A DNA stretch of 34,694 nt, taken from positions 1 through 34,694 of the forward strand of contig JAZOWJ010000199.1 of NCBI GenBank assembly GCA_045659125.1. Reading direction: 5' to 3'. The notes under the pieces are model-generated. The model searched no databases and was not told the DNA's origin. It worked only from the letters and a program-made list of their open reading frames with translations. The position numbers and the translations under genes were made by a program. This stretch comes from Acutalibacteraceae bacterium (GTDB lineage: Bacteria; Bacillota; Clostridia; Oscillospirales; Acutalibacteraceae). Every line of letters starts with the position of its first letter. Position 1 is the first letter of the stretch. This document shows positions 21,796-29,882 of this stretch, one piece after another.

Positions 21796-24354
21796 ATGGA
21801 AAAACAAAAAGTGCATGCATTTTTTGTCCGCATAAGACCCATGCTGCTGTCCTTTGCAGTGCCCTTTTTTATCATCGGCATCATTATGCTCATCGGTCTT
21901 ATGCATTTTGATGCAGCTGTCATCGGCGGTGACTGCGCATCGCAGATACTGCCGTTTATGTCAGAATTCCGACGCAAAATCCTGTCGGGCGAAAGCCTGT
22001 TTTATTCATGGTCGGGCGGCGGCGGTTATGATTTCTGGGCGGTATATTGCTACTATCTCTCAAGCCCGTTCACCTGGCTGAGTCTGCTTGTCAAAGAAGA
22101 AAACCTGCCGTTGTTTGTCAATTTCCTTGTTTTGCTCAAGCTTTCCTTGTGCGGTGCAGGCTTTTCCTTTTATGCAGTCAAGAAGAATATCTGCAAAAAT
22201 GATTTTCAGATCGTTCTTTTTTCAACGCTTTATGCCATGTGCGGCTATTGCGCAGCATACTGCATAGATATTATGTGGATGGATGCAGTTGCTCTTTTTC
22301 CGTTGCTGCTTTGGGGTATGCATCGCCTTGTTTATGACAAAAAGCCTGTTCTGTATACACTGACCCTTGCTTTGATTTTTATGTGCAACTATTATCTCGG
22401 CTTTACGGTTGCGGTCGGTGTGTTCTTTTATTACTTCACCTTCAGATTCTCTGATTTGCGCGATTTCCTTATGAAAAGCTTGCGCATGCTCGGCTTTTCC
22501 TTGCTTTCGGCAGCATGCTGTGCGGTTTTTCTGTTTCCGTCGTATTTTGTTGCTGTGGAGGCCGGCCGTGCAGATGAAGCAGCCCGTTGGGGTTTTCTGA
22601 ACAGCTTTTGGGACAGTGTGAAGAATTTTCTGTTCTTCGACCAGCCTGCAGTAAAGTCGGAATCGGCAAGCACTGCCAATGTTTATGTTACTGTTTTTGC
22701 TCTGTTTTTTGTGTTTCTTTGGTTTTTTGCTTCCAACGCACCCAAACGCGAAAAAATCAAAAACGGCATCATCATTGCTTTTCTGCTTCTCAGCTTTAAT
22801 CTCGGTGCATTGAATATGCTCTGGCACGGTCTGCGAATGCCCATTCTTGTGCAAAACCGCTTTTCGTTCATGCTTTGCTTTATTCTGCTTGTCCTTGCGG
22901 CAAGAGCCTTTGCGGAAAAAGACAGTCTTGACCGCAAAAGGGCCGTGTGGGCCTGTGTTGCCTTCCTTGCTTTTATGGTTGTGCTTTGCTTTGCAGATTT
23001 GCAGAATGCGGTCCGCATTGCATTTTCCCTGTTGGCTGCGGCATTTTATGTGCTTCTCTTTTTTGTGCGCAGGGTCAGACGGCTGCAAACGGCTTTGTAC
23101 AGCCTGTGTGCCTTTGTCGGCGTTTTCGTCTGCTTTGTGCTCTGTTTCCGGAATGCAACCGGCAAGGTGCTTGAAAAGGCTTATGATCCTGCCCTTGCAC
23201 AGGCCGTTGAGCAGGTGCAGACAGAGGACTTTTACCGCGAAAAAAATCTTTCCTATACAGACGGAAAGGCTGCTGCAAACACGCAGATTCTCTACGGTAT
23301 GCGCGGCTTTCCGATTTTCAGCTCTTATATAAACGCAAAGCAAACCGTTCAGTATGTCCGCTTCGGTCTTGTCAATTTTTATGCCGGAACGGAAATGATG
23401 CGCTCCTACAACGGGGAAAATCTCGGCAATTACAATATGCCGAATTCCTTTAATATTGTTGCTGATTCCCTGTCGGGTGTCAGACATGTGTATGCCGATG
23501 CAAACACAGCCGTGCGAAGCGACCTTTTGCAGTCCGTTTACGAAAAGGACGGTATCGTTGTTTACGGCAATGCCTATGCACTGCCCGTCGGTTTTCAGCT
23601 GCAGAATGAAACCATTGAAAAATTAAGCAATCCAAGTCTTTTGCCGACATCGGTTTACAACAGCATCGCAAGTGAGCACGGTTCGGCACTCTACAAGTCC
23701 TGCACATTGTCAATTTCCTTGCAGGATGATACAGATTTTGAAAAATCACCTTACGGTGAATATGCACTTTTGAAAAGCGGCAATGATGCTGCCAAGGCGG
23801 TGTTCAGCTACACGGTCAGGGAAGACAATACGGCGCTGACGCTGTATTACGGCAGCAGAGTGCAAATGAATGTTACTGTTTATTGCAATGATGCCGTGCT
23901 CTATTCAGGCAGCCTGTTCTATTCGGATTTTCCGGAGCTGGGCACCTTCAGCAAGGGTGATCTGCTTGAAATTCACGTGGAAGCAATGCCGCAGGCAGCC
24001 TTTACGATTGAGCTTGTGCAATTCAATAAAGAGAACTTCGTCAGCATGCATGAGAAGCTGCAGGCATCGGCGCTGCAGACGACCGGGCATCGTGCCAATT
24101 ACATCGCAGGCACCGTCACTGCAAAGCAGGACCATTCCTTGTTCACCACCATTCCGTATTCCGAAAACTGGACGGTAACGGTGGATGGTCAACCGACGGA
24201 TACAGCCTCTCTCGGCGAGGGCTTTCTTGTGATTCCGCTGACGGCAGGGGAGCATACCGTTGCACTGCAATACACACCCCCTGCATTTTGGGAATGCCTG
24301 TGCATCAGCATTTGCGGCATTCTGCTTTCCTTTGTCGTATTTTTTTGTTTATGA
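21796..24354 (+). CDS. yfhO: YfhO-family polytopic membrane protein (putative glycosyltransferase)
   Basis: 852 aa. More than 10 TM helices in the N-terminal 450 aa, then an extracytoplasmic domain and a final TM helix. This architecture and the N-terminal sequence are typical of YfhO. Confidence 0.7.
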   Translation: MEKQKVHAFFVRIRPMLLSFAVPFFIIGIIMLIGLMHFDAAVIGGDCASQILPFMSEFRRKILSGESLFYSWSGGGGYDFWAVYCYYLSSPFTWLSLLVKEENLPLFVNFLVLLKLSLCGAGFSFYAVKKNICKNDFQIVLFSTLYAMCGYCAAYCIDIMWMDAVALFPLLLWGMHRLVYDKKPVLYTLTLALIFMCNYYLGFTVAVGVFFYYFTFRFSDLRDFLMKSLRMLGFSLLSAACCAVFLFPSYFVAVEAGRADEAARWGFLNSFWDSVKNFLFFDQPAVKSESASTANVYVTVFALFFVFLWFFASNAPKREKIKNGIIIAFLLLSFNLGALNMLWHGLRMPILVQNRFSFMLCFILLVLAARAFAEKDSLDRKRAVWACVAFLAFMVVLCFADLQNAVRIAFSLLAAAFYVLLFFVRRVRRLQTALYSLCAFVGVFVCFVLCFRNATGKVLEKAYDPALAQAVEQVQTEDFYREKNLSYTDGKAAANTQILYGMRGFPIFSSYINAKQTVQYVRFGLVNFYAGTEMMRSYNGENLGNYNMPNSFNIVADSLSGVRHVYADANTAVRSDLLQSVYEKDGIVVYGNAYALPVGFQLQNETIEKLSNPSLLPTSVYNSIASEHGSALYKSCTLSISLQDDTDFEKSPYGEYALLKSGNDAAKAVFSYTVREDNTALTLYYGSRVQMNVTVYCNDAVLYSGSLFYSDFPELGTFSKGDLLEIHVEAMPQAAFTIELVQFNKENFVSMHEKLQASALQTTGHRANYIAGTVTAKQDHSLFTTIPYSENWTVTVDGQPTDTASLGEGFLVIPLTAGEHTVALQYTPPAFWECLCISICGILLSFVVFFCL

Positions 24355-24421
24355 TAAAAAACAGCGGCTGCAAATAAAAAAATGAAATGCTGTTGAAAAT
24401 TTACAACGAAAGCGTAGAAGT

Positions 24422-25783
24422 ATGAACATAATTATTGCAGGAATCGGCAAGCTGGGTGATGCGCTTGTCGAATACCTCGTACAGGAAAATCACGACATCA
24501 CCATCATCGACACCAACCCTGCAACGGTTGATGCAACCGTGAACAGATATGACGTGTTCGGCATTGTGGGAAACGGTGCCTGTCTGCCTGTTTTGCAGGA
24601 GGCAGAGGTGCAGAATGCAGAGCTGTTCATTGCGGTCACGGATTCGGATGAGCTGAATCTTGTGTGCTGCATGGTTGCAAAAAAAGCAGGTGCAGAGCAC
24701 ACCATCGCCCGTGTGCGCAACCCCGAATATGCAAAGCAGGGTGCATTCATGCGTGCAGAGCTGGGGCTTAGCATGCTGGTCAACCCCGAATATGATGCGG
24801 CACACGAAATCTCTCGTCTGCTGCAATTCCCTGCTGCTGCAAAAATCGAAAAATTTGCAAGAGGCCGTGTGGACATGGTCGAAATTGCCCTGACGCAAGG
24901 CAATCCCCTGTGCGGACTTTCCCTGAAGCAGATCGGCTCGCGTTTTGCCGAGCAGATCCTGATTTGTGCGGTCAGCCGTAAGGATGAGGTGCTGATTCCC
25001 AAGGGCGATTTTGTGCTGCGTGCAGATGACCGCATTTCCATTGTTGCCAGCCACAGCAACATTGCATCCTTGTTCCGCACTCTCGGCATCACCAAGAAAA
25101 AGATCCGCTCGGTTATGATTATCGGCGGCGGTAAAATCGGTTATTATCTTGCTGCCCGACTGGAAAAGGCAGGCGGCATCAAGGTTAAAATCATTGATAA
25201 CAACAAGGACACCTGCTATGAGCTGGATAAGCTTCTGTCCAGGTGTGAGGTCGTCTGTGCTGACGGCACGGATGCGGATATTCTGGAGGAGGAGGGCATC
25301 CATGAATGCGATGCAGTTGTTGCGCTGACGGGTATTGATGAGGAAAACATCATCATTTCCCTGATTGCAGAGCTCAACAGAGTGGAAAAAATTGTTATCA
25401 AGGTCAACCGTTCCTCGCTCAACCGTCTGCTGCATAAGCTGCAGAGCGAAAGCTTCATAGCACCGCGCTACATTACGGCCGCAAACGTGGTGCGTTATGT
25501 GCGTGCGGTATCGCATTCCAGCGGAATGAGCAAAATTCATGCCCTGCACAAGCTGGTCGGCGATCAGCTGGAGGCCATGGAATTTATTGCTTCCTCGGAT
25601 TTCCCGGGCTGCGGTATCAAATTGAAAAACCTGAACATCCGACAGAACACACTCGTTGCCTGTATGCTGCGTAATGACACGCTCATTTATGCCAACGGTG
25701 ATGCTGAAATTTTACCCGATGACCGTGTTGTGGTCATCACTGCAAATGAATCCGTTTCGGATCTGCGCGATATTTTGGAGTAA
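24422..25783 (+). CDS. trkA: Trk potassium uptake system, NAD-binding subunit TrkA (two RCK modules)
   Basis: MNIIIAGIGKLG and a second IIGGGKIG Rossmann motif, each followed by an RCK_C-like segment. Confidence 0.92.
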   Translation: MNIIIAGIGKLGDALVEYLVQENHDITIIDTNPATVDATVNRYDVFGIVGNGACLPVLQEAEVQNAELFIAVTDSDELNLVCCMVAKKAGAEHTIARVRNPEYAKQGAFMRAELGLSMLVNPEYDAAHEISRLLQFPAAAKIEKFARGRVDMVEIALTQGNPLCGLSLKQIGSRFAEQILICAVSRKDEVLIPKGDFVLRADDRISIVASHSNIASLFRTLGITKKKIRSVMIIGGGKIGYYLAARLEKAGGIKVKIIDNNKDTCYELDKLLSRCEVVCADGTDADILEEEGIHECDAVVALTGIDEENIIISLIAELNRVEKIVIKVNRSSLNRLLHKLQSESFIAPRYITAANVVRYVRAVSHSSGMSKIHALHKLVGDQLEAMEFIASSDFPGCGIKLKNLNIRQNTLVACMLRNDTLIYANGDAEILPDDRVVVITANESVSDLRDILE

Positions 25784-25789
25784 GATCAG

Positions 25790-27247
25790 ATGAATTATCG
25801 TATGCTTGCCAATTTCTTCGGGCAAATTTTGCGGATCAACGGTCTGCTGATGTGTATTCCGCTCATCGTTGCTCTCATTTACGAAGAAAATCAGACGTAT
25901 CTTGCATTTTTTATTCCCATTGTCGTTCAACTGGCGGCAGGTGGTCTGCTTGTGCGTCTGACCCCAAAAAATAATAATTTATATGCCCAGGAGGGCTTTG
26001 TCTGCGTTGCGCTGACATGGGTCATTCTGTCTGCGGTCGGTGCTTTGCCGTATTTCTTAAGCGGCAGTATTCCGAATTACATGGATGCTTTCTTTGAAAC
26101 CGTTTCGGGCTTCACCACAACGGGGGCCACCGTACTGGCAGACATTGAAGCCATGCCGAAGGGACTTTTGTTCTGGCGCAGCTTCACGCACTGGATCGGT
26201 GGTATGGGTATTCTTGTGTTTGCGCTGATGTTCCTGCCGAAAACGCAGGCAAAGAAAACGAGCATGATGCATGTCATGCGTGCGGAAATGCCCGGTCCGA
26301 CCGTCGGTAAAATTGTTCCTAAGGCGGGCAACACGGCACGAATTCTGTATTCGATGTATATTGTGCTGACCGTGGCAGAGGTTGGCCTGCTGATGGCCGG
26401 CGGAATGAATCTGTATGAAGCACTCATTCACGCCTTCAGCACCGCAGGAACAGGTGGCTTCAGCTGCTTCAACTCCAGCATTGCGGCTCAATCACCGTAT
26501 TTGCAGTATGTGATTACCATCTTCATGCTGCTGTTCAGTGTCAACTTCAATCTGTATTATCTTGCGTTTCTCAAAAAATGGCGCGAGGCGGTGAAGAGTG
26601 AGGAATTAAGGGTTTTCCTGATTCTTGTTGCAGTTGTTATTGCTGTTATCACGCTGAACATCCGTTCGCAGTATGATACCCTTGAGCATGCCTTCCGTGC
26701 AGCCTCCTTCCAGACTGCATCCATTATTTCCACCACAGGCTTTGTGTCGGAAAACTTTGATATGTGGCCTGCCATGTCGCGTATTCTGATGATCGTGCTG
26801 ATGTTTGTCGGTGCGTGTGCAGGCTCAACAGGCGGCGGTATGAAGGTCAGCCGAATCATGATTCTTGTCAAGGATGCCGTGCGTGATTTAGGGCAGCTTG
26901 CCCATCCGCGCCGTGTGAAATCCATTCGCCTGGAGGGGAAGCCCGTAGACGAGCAGACCGTCAACAATGCCTCGACCTATCTGCAGTTTTATGTGATTCT
27001 GCTGGTGATTGCCGTTATTCTTGTTGCGGCCTTTGACAGCATGGATATGGTTTCCACCGTCACCTCGGTCATAACCTGCCTGAACAATGTCGGCCCCGGT
27101 ATGGGCGAAATTGTCGGCGCTGTCGGCAATTATTCAAGCCTTTCCGTCGGTTCCAAGGCGGTGCTGTCCTTCTGCATGCTGGCAGGCAGACTTGAAATTT
27201 TCCCGATTCTCATCGTATTTTTCCCGTCCACATGGAAAAGAGCATAA
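25790..27247 (+). CDS. trkH: Trk/Ktr potassium transporter membrane subunit
   Basis: 485 aa. Repeated pore-loop motifs (SGFTTTGAT, STAGTGGF, STTGF, NNVGPG). Confidence 0.92.
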   Translation: MNYRMLANFFGQILRINGLLMCIPLIVALIYEENQTYLAFFIPIVVQLAAGGLLVRLTPKNNNLYAQEGFVCVALTWVILSAVGALPYFLSGSIPNYMDAFFETVSGFTTTGATVLADIEAMPKGLLFWRSFTHWIGGMGILVFALMFLPKTQAKKTSMMHVMRAEMPGPTVGKIVPKAGNTARILYSMYIVLTVAEVGLLMAGGMNLYEALIHAFSTAGTGGFSCFNSSIAAQSPYLQYVITIFMLLFSVNFNLYYLAFLKKWREAVKSEELRVFLILVAVVIAVITLNIRSQYDTLEHAFRAASFQTASIISTTGFVSENFDMWPAMSRILMIVLMFVGACAGSTGGGMKVSRIMILVKDAVRDLGQLAHPRRVKSIRLEGKPVDEQTVNNASTYLQFYVILLVIAVILVAAFDSMDMVSTVTSVITCLNNVGPGMGEIVGAVGNYSSLSVGSKAVLSFCMLAGRLEIFPILIVFFPSTWKRA

Positions 27248-27250
27248 GCA

Positions 27251-27279
27251 AAAAGGGTTGCACACGCAACCCTTTTTTG
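27251..27279 (+). terminator. rho-independent terminator after trkH
   Basis: AAGGGTTGC-ACAC-GCAACCCTTTTTT. Confidence 0.8.
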
Positions 27280-27282
27280 GTT

Positions 27283-27335
27283 ATGCAAAATGTAAGAATG
27301 CAAAATTATCGGGTTGCTGACGCTCCGATTATAGA
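27283..27335 (+). repeat. TGCAAAA-type interspersed repeat, left arm
   Basis: ATGCAAAATGTAAGAATGCAAAATTA, then a short hairpin (TCGG..CCGA), then TTATAGA. Confidence 0.75.
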
Positions 27336-27444
27336 GTATGAAGAAATTTACAAAGAAAATAAAATTAAACACGTGTTAATTATTTTGATTGTAAAGAATC
27401 AGTGTAAACTAAAATTTGAAACTGAAAAATTATAAATTATATCT

Positions 27445-27501
27445 TCTATAATGGCAACGCCATTCCTTTAATTTTGCATTTTGCATTTTTCATTTTGCAT
27501 T
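27445..27501 (-). repeat. TGCAAAA-type interspersed repeat, right arm (inverted)
   Basis: The reverse complement reads AATGCAAAATGAAAAATGCAAAATGCAAAATTA, then the hairpin AATGGC-GTT-GCCATT, then TATAGA. It is inverted relative to 27283-27335. Confidence 0.75.
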
Positions 27502-27530
27502 AAAAAACCCGCCCGTGTGGGCGGTTTTCT
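27502..27530 (-). terminator. rho-independent terminator of the M28 peptidase gene
   Basis: Minus strand AAAACCGCCC-ACAC-GGGCGGGTTTTTTA. Confidence 0.8.
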
Positions 27531-27535
27531 TTGTG

Positions 27536-28774
27536 TTACTGCTTTGCGCCGTTGTCGAACATTTCGAGGGTCTTTACGGTGACTGCGAAGCAGCCTGCAA
27601 GACCTTCCTCGTTCATATTGTCATAAGTGTCACGGCGGGTGTGGTAGTAGGGCTCAATCTTGTGATTCAGACCTGTGATACCTGCTGCGCGGAAGCCGCC
27701 CTGTGCGAATGCTGCAGAGTCAGTTGCACCGCCGAAGGGAGGAACAAGACCCTTATCACAGTGGATGCCGAGCTCTGCGGCTGCTTCCATGAACAGGTCG
27801 CAGGCATCCTTGTCAGCCTTGACGGTTGCGTTCAGGTCGCGGTAGTTTGCTGCAAGATATTTGGGGTCGTGGATGGTGTCATAAGCATAAATGAAGGTGG
27901 GAACATCGTCGAATTCGCCCTTGTGAGCCTCTGCCCATGCCTTTGCACCGCGCAGACCTGCTTCCTCGGAGCCGGTCAGCACAACGCCGATTTCGGTGTT
28001 TTCAAATTCAATGCCCTCTTCCTTGAGGAACTTAAGCAATGCAATGCCCATGTAGCAGCCGGAAAGGTTGTCGTTTGCGCCGTCAACGATGGTCTTTTTG
28101 TCCCACATCTTGAACATACCGATCCACAGCGGAACGAAGATAAGACCGCCGAAAACGAACTTTGCAAGCAGTCCGCTTACATCCATTGCGCCGATAACAC
28201 CGTTCTGCACGACGGCAATAATGGAAATCACGATGAAATAAATCAGACCTACGAAGGAGCTGATGATGTGCAGGTCAAAGCCGAGATAACCGAAGTGATA
28301 GTTCATCGGCCATTCCCATGTTGCGTCGGGATGTCCGTTGAAGATGATGCGGCGCTTGACCTCGCCGGTGGGCTTCTTGAGTGCGGTCACATTGTGGCCG
28401 GTTTTTTCGGGGAAGAACTTGTCAACAGCCTTTTTGTAGGTGCCGAACTGCAGCAGGGCAATGGCAAGGCCGAGGACAAGGAGAATAAAAGAAACAATGG
28501 GAGCAAAGAACAGGCAGGGAATGGCAACAAAGCCGAGACCAATGGTCAGATAGAGCCAGCCGTAGAACGAGCCGGGATTTTCTTTGAAGGCTTCAACCGT
28601 AACACGGTCACAGCCGCAATCCTTTTTCAGAATATCCGCCATGTATTCACAGGCAAGCTTTTCACCCTCGGAGCCGGGGTCGCGCTTGGGAAGGTTTTTG
28701 CAGATGTGGGTGATTTCCTTCACCATATACTTCGCGGCATCATATTTTTTGTCAATAATACTTTGCAGATTCAT
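27536..28774 (-). CDS. membrane-embedded M28-family metallopeptidase
   Basis: 412 aa. GHPDATWEW, DGANDNLSGC and GSEEAGLRGAKAW, with an internal block of TM helices. Confidence 0.85.
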   Translation of the reverse strand: MNLQSIIDKKYDAAKYMVKEITHICKNLPKRDPGSEGEKLACEYMADILKKDCGCDRVTVEAFKENPGSFYGWLYLTIGLGFVAIPCLFFAPIVSFILLVLGLAIALLQFGTYKKAVDKFFPEKTGHNVTALKKPTGEVKRRIIFNGHPDATWEWPMNYHFGYLGFDLHIISSFVGLIYFIVISIIAVVQNGVIGAMDVSGLLAKFVFGGLIFVPLWIGMFKMWDKKTIVDGANDNLSGCYMGIALLKFLKEEGIEFENTEIGVVLTGSEEAGLRGAKAWAEAHKGEFDDVPTFIYAYDTIHDPKYLAANYRDLNATVKADKDACDLFMEAAAELGIHCDKGLVPPFGGATDSAAFAQGGFRAAGITGLNHKIEPYYHTRRDTYDNMNEEGLAGCFAVTVKTLEMFDNGAKQ

Positions 28775-28921
28775 TTTTTGCTTCTCCTCACTTTTTTGCT
28801 TTAGATTGATAATATAATAAATTCACCAAAAGTGTCAATGAAAAATGAAAATTGTTCACAATGTTCAAAGTTTGTTCACAAAAAAATAAAAAAACAGCCT
28901 GCTAAAAAACAGAGGAAACTA

Positions 28922-28950
28922 TTGAAATTGATTGCCTTTATTAGTATAAT
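28922..28950 (+). promoter_or_regulatory. candidate rlmB promoter
   Basis: TTGAAA (28922-28927), 17 nt, TATAAT (28945-28950). Confidence 0.5.
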
Positions 28951-28988
28951 AAAATAAATGTAATATACCCATAAAGGAATTTGTATAT

Positions 28989-29882
28989 ATGAAAGACAAT
29001 TTTGACCGCCGTAATGACGGCAGAAATAAAAAGGACAACCGATTTGACCGTAAGGATTCCAACCGCAATTTCCGTGACAACGATCGTGATGATCGCCGTT
29101 TTTCACGCGAGAATGACCGCGAGGAGCGCGGTGAACGCAGGGATGACCGCCGTGACGATCTCATCATCGGCAGAAATGCTGCTGCAGAAGCACTCAAGTC
29201 GGGTCGCGAAATCGACTGCGTTTACATCGCAAAGGGCGAAAGAAGCGGTGCGGTTGTTCCCATTCTTGCAAAATGCAAGGACCGCAACATTCCCATCAAG
29301 GAGGTTGACAGCCGCAAGCTTGACTTCATGTGCGGTCATGCCAATCATCAGGGCATTCTGCTGAGTGCAGCAGCCCATGCCTATGCAACGCTCGAGGATA
29401 TTCTTGCAAAGGCAGAAGAAAAGGGTGAACCGCCGTTTATCATTCTGTGTGACGGTCTTGAGGATCCGCACAACCTCGGTGCAATCATCCGTACTGCTGA
29501 ATGCTGCGGTGCACACGGTGTCATTGTTCCCCAGCGCAGAAGTGTAGGGCTCACAGGTGCTGTCGGCAAGGCAAGCGCAGGTGCGCTCGAATATGTGCCT
29601 GTTGCAAGGGTGACAAATCTTGTTGCAACCATCGAAATGCTTAAAGAAAAGAATATATGGGTCTATGCCGCAGACGCTGACGGCACAGCCTGGAACAAAG
29701 CGGACCTGACGGGTGCAATTGCACTTGTCATCGGCTCGGAAGGAAACGGCGTGGGCAGACTTGTGAAAGAAAAATGTGACGGTGTGCTCTCGATTCCCAT
29801 GAAGGGACAAATCAACTCTCTGAATGCTTCCGTTGCAGCCGCAATCTTAATGGCAGCCGTAACTGTTGCCCGTGAAGGATGA
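28989..29882 (+). CDS. rlmB: 23S rRNA (guanosine-2'-O)-methyltransferase RlmB (SpoU/TrmH family) with R/D-rich N-terminal extension
   Basis: The SpoU core motifs are GLEDPHNLGAIIRTAECCG, LVIGSEGNGV and SLNASVAAAI. The first 57 aa or so are low-complexity R/D/N-rich. Confidence 0.9.
   Translation: MKDNFDRRNDGRNKKDNRFDRKDSNRNFRDNDRDDRRFSRENDREERGERRDDRRDDLIIGRNAAAEALKSGREIDCVYIAKGERSGAVVPILAKCKDRNIPIKEVDSRKLDFMCGHANHQGILLSAAAHAYATLEDILAKAEEKGEPPFIILCDGLEDPHNLGAIIRTAECCGAHGVIVPQRRSVGLTGAVGKASAGALEYVPVARVTNLVATIEMLKEKNIWVYAADADGTAWNKADLTGAIALVIGSEGNGVGRLVKEKCDGVLSIPMKGQINSLNASVAAAILMAAVTVAREG

Noticed and set aside
27232-27435. A 67-aa ORF in the AT-rich core between the TGCAAAA repeat arms, and an 87-aa ORF at 4611-4874.
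   Set aside because: Neither has an SD. Both overlap terminators and repeat arms and have a lysine/isoleucine-rich composition driven by AT richness. They are most likely non-coding.
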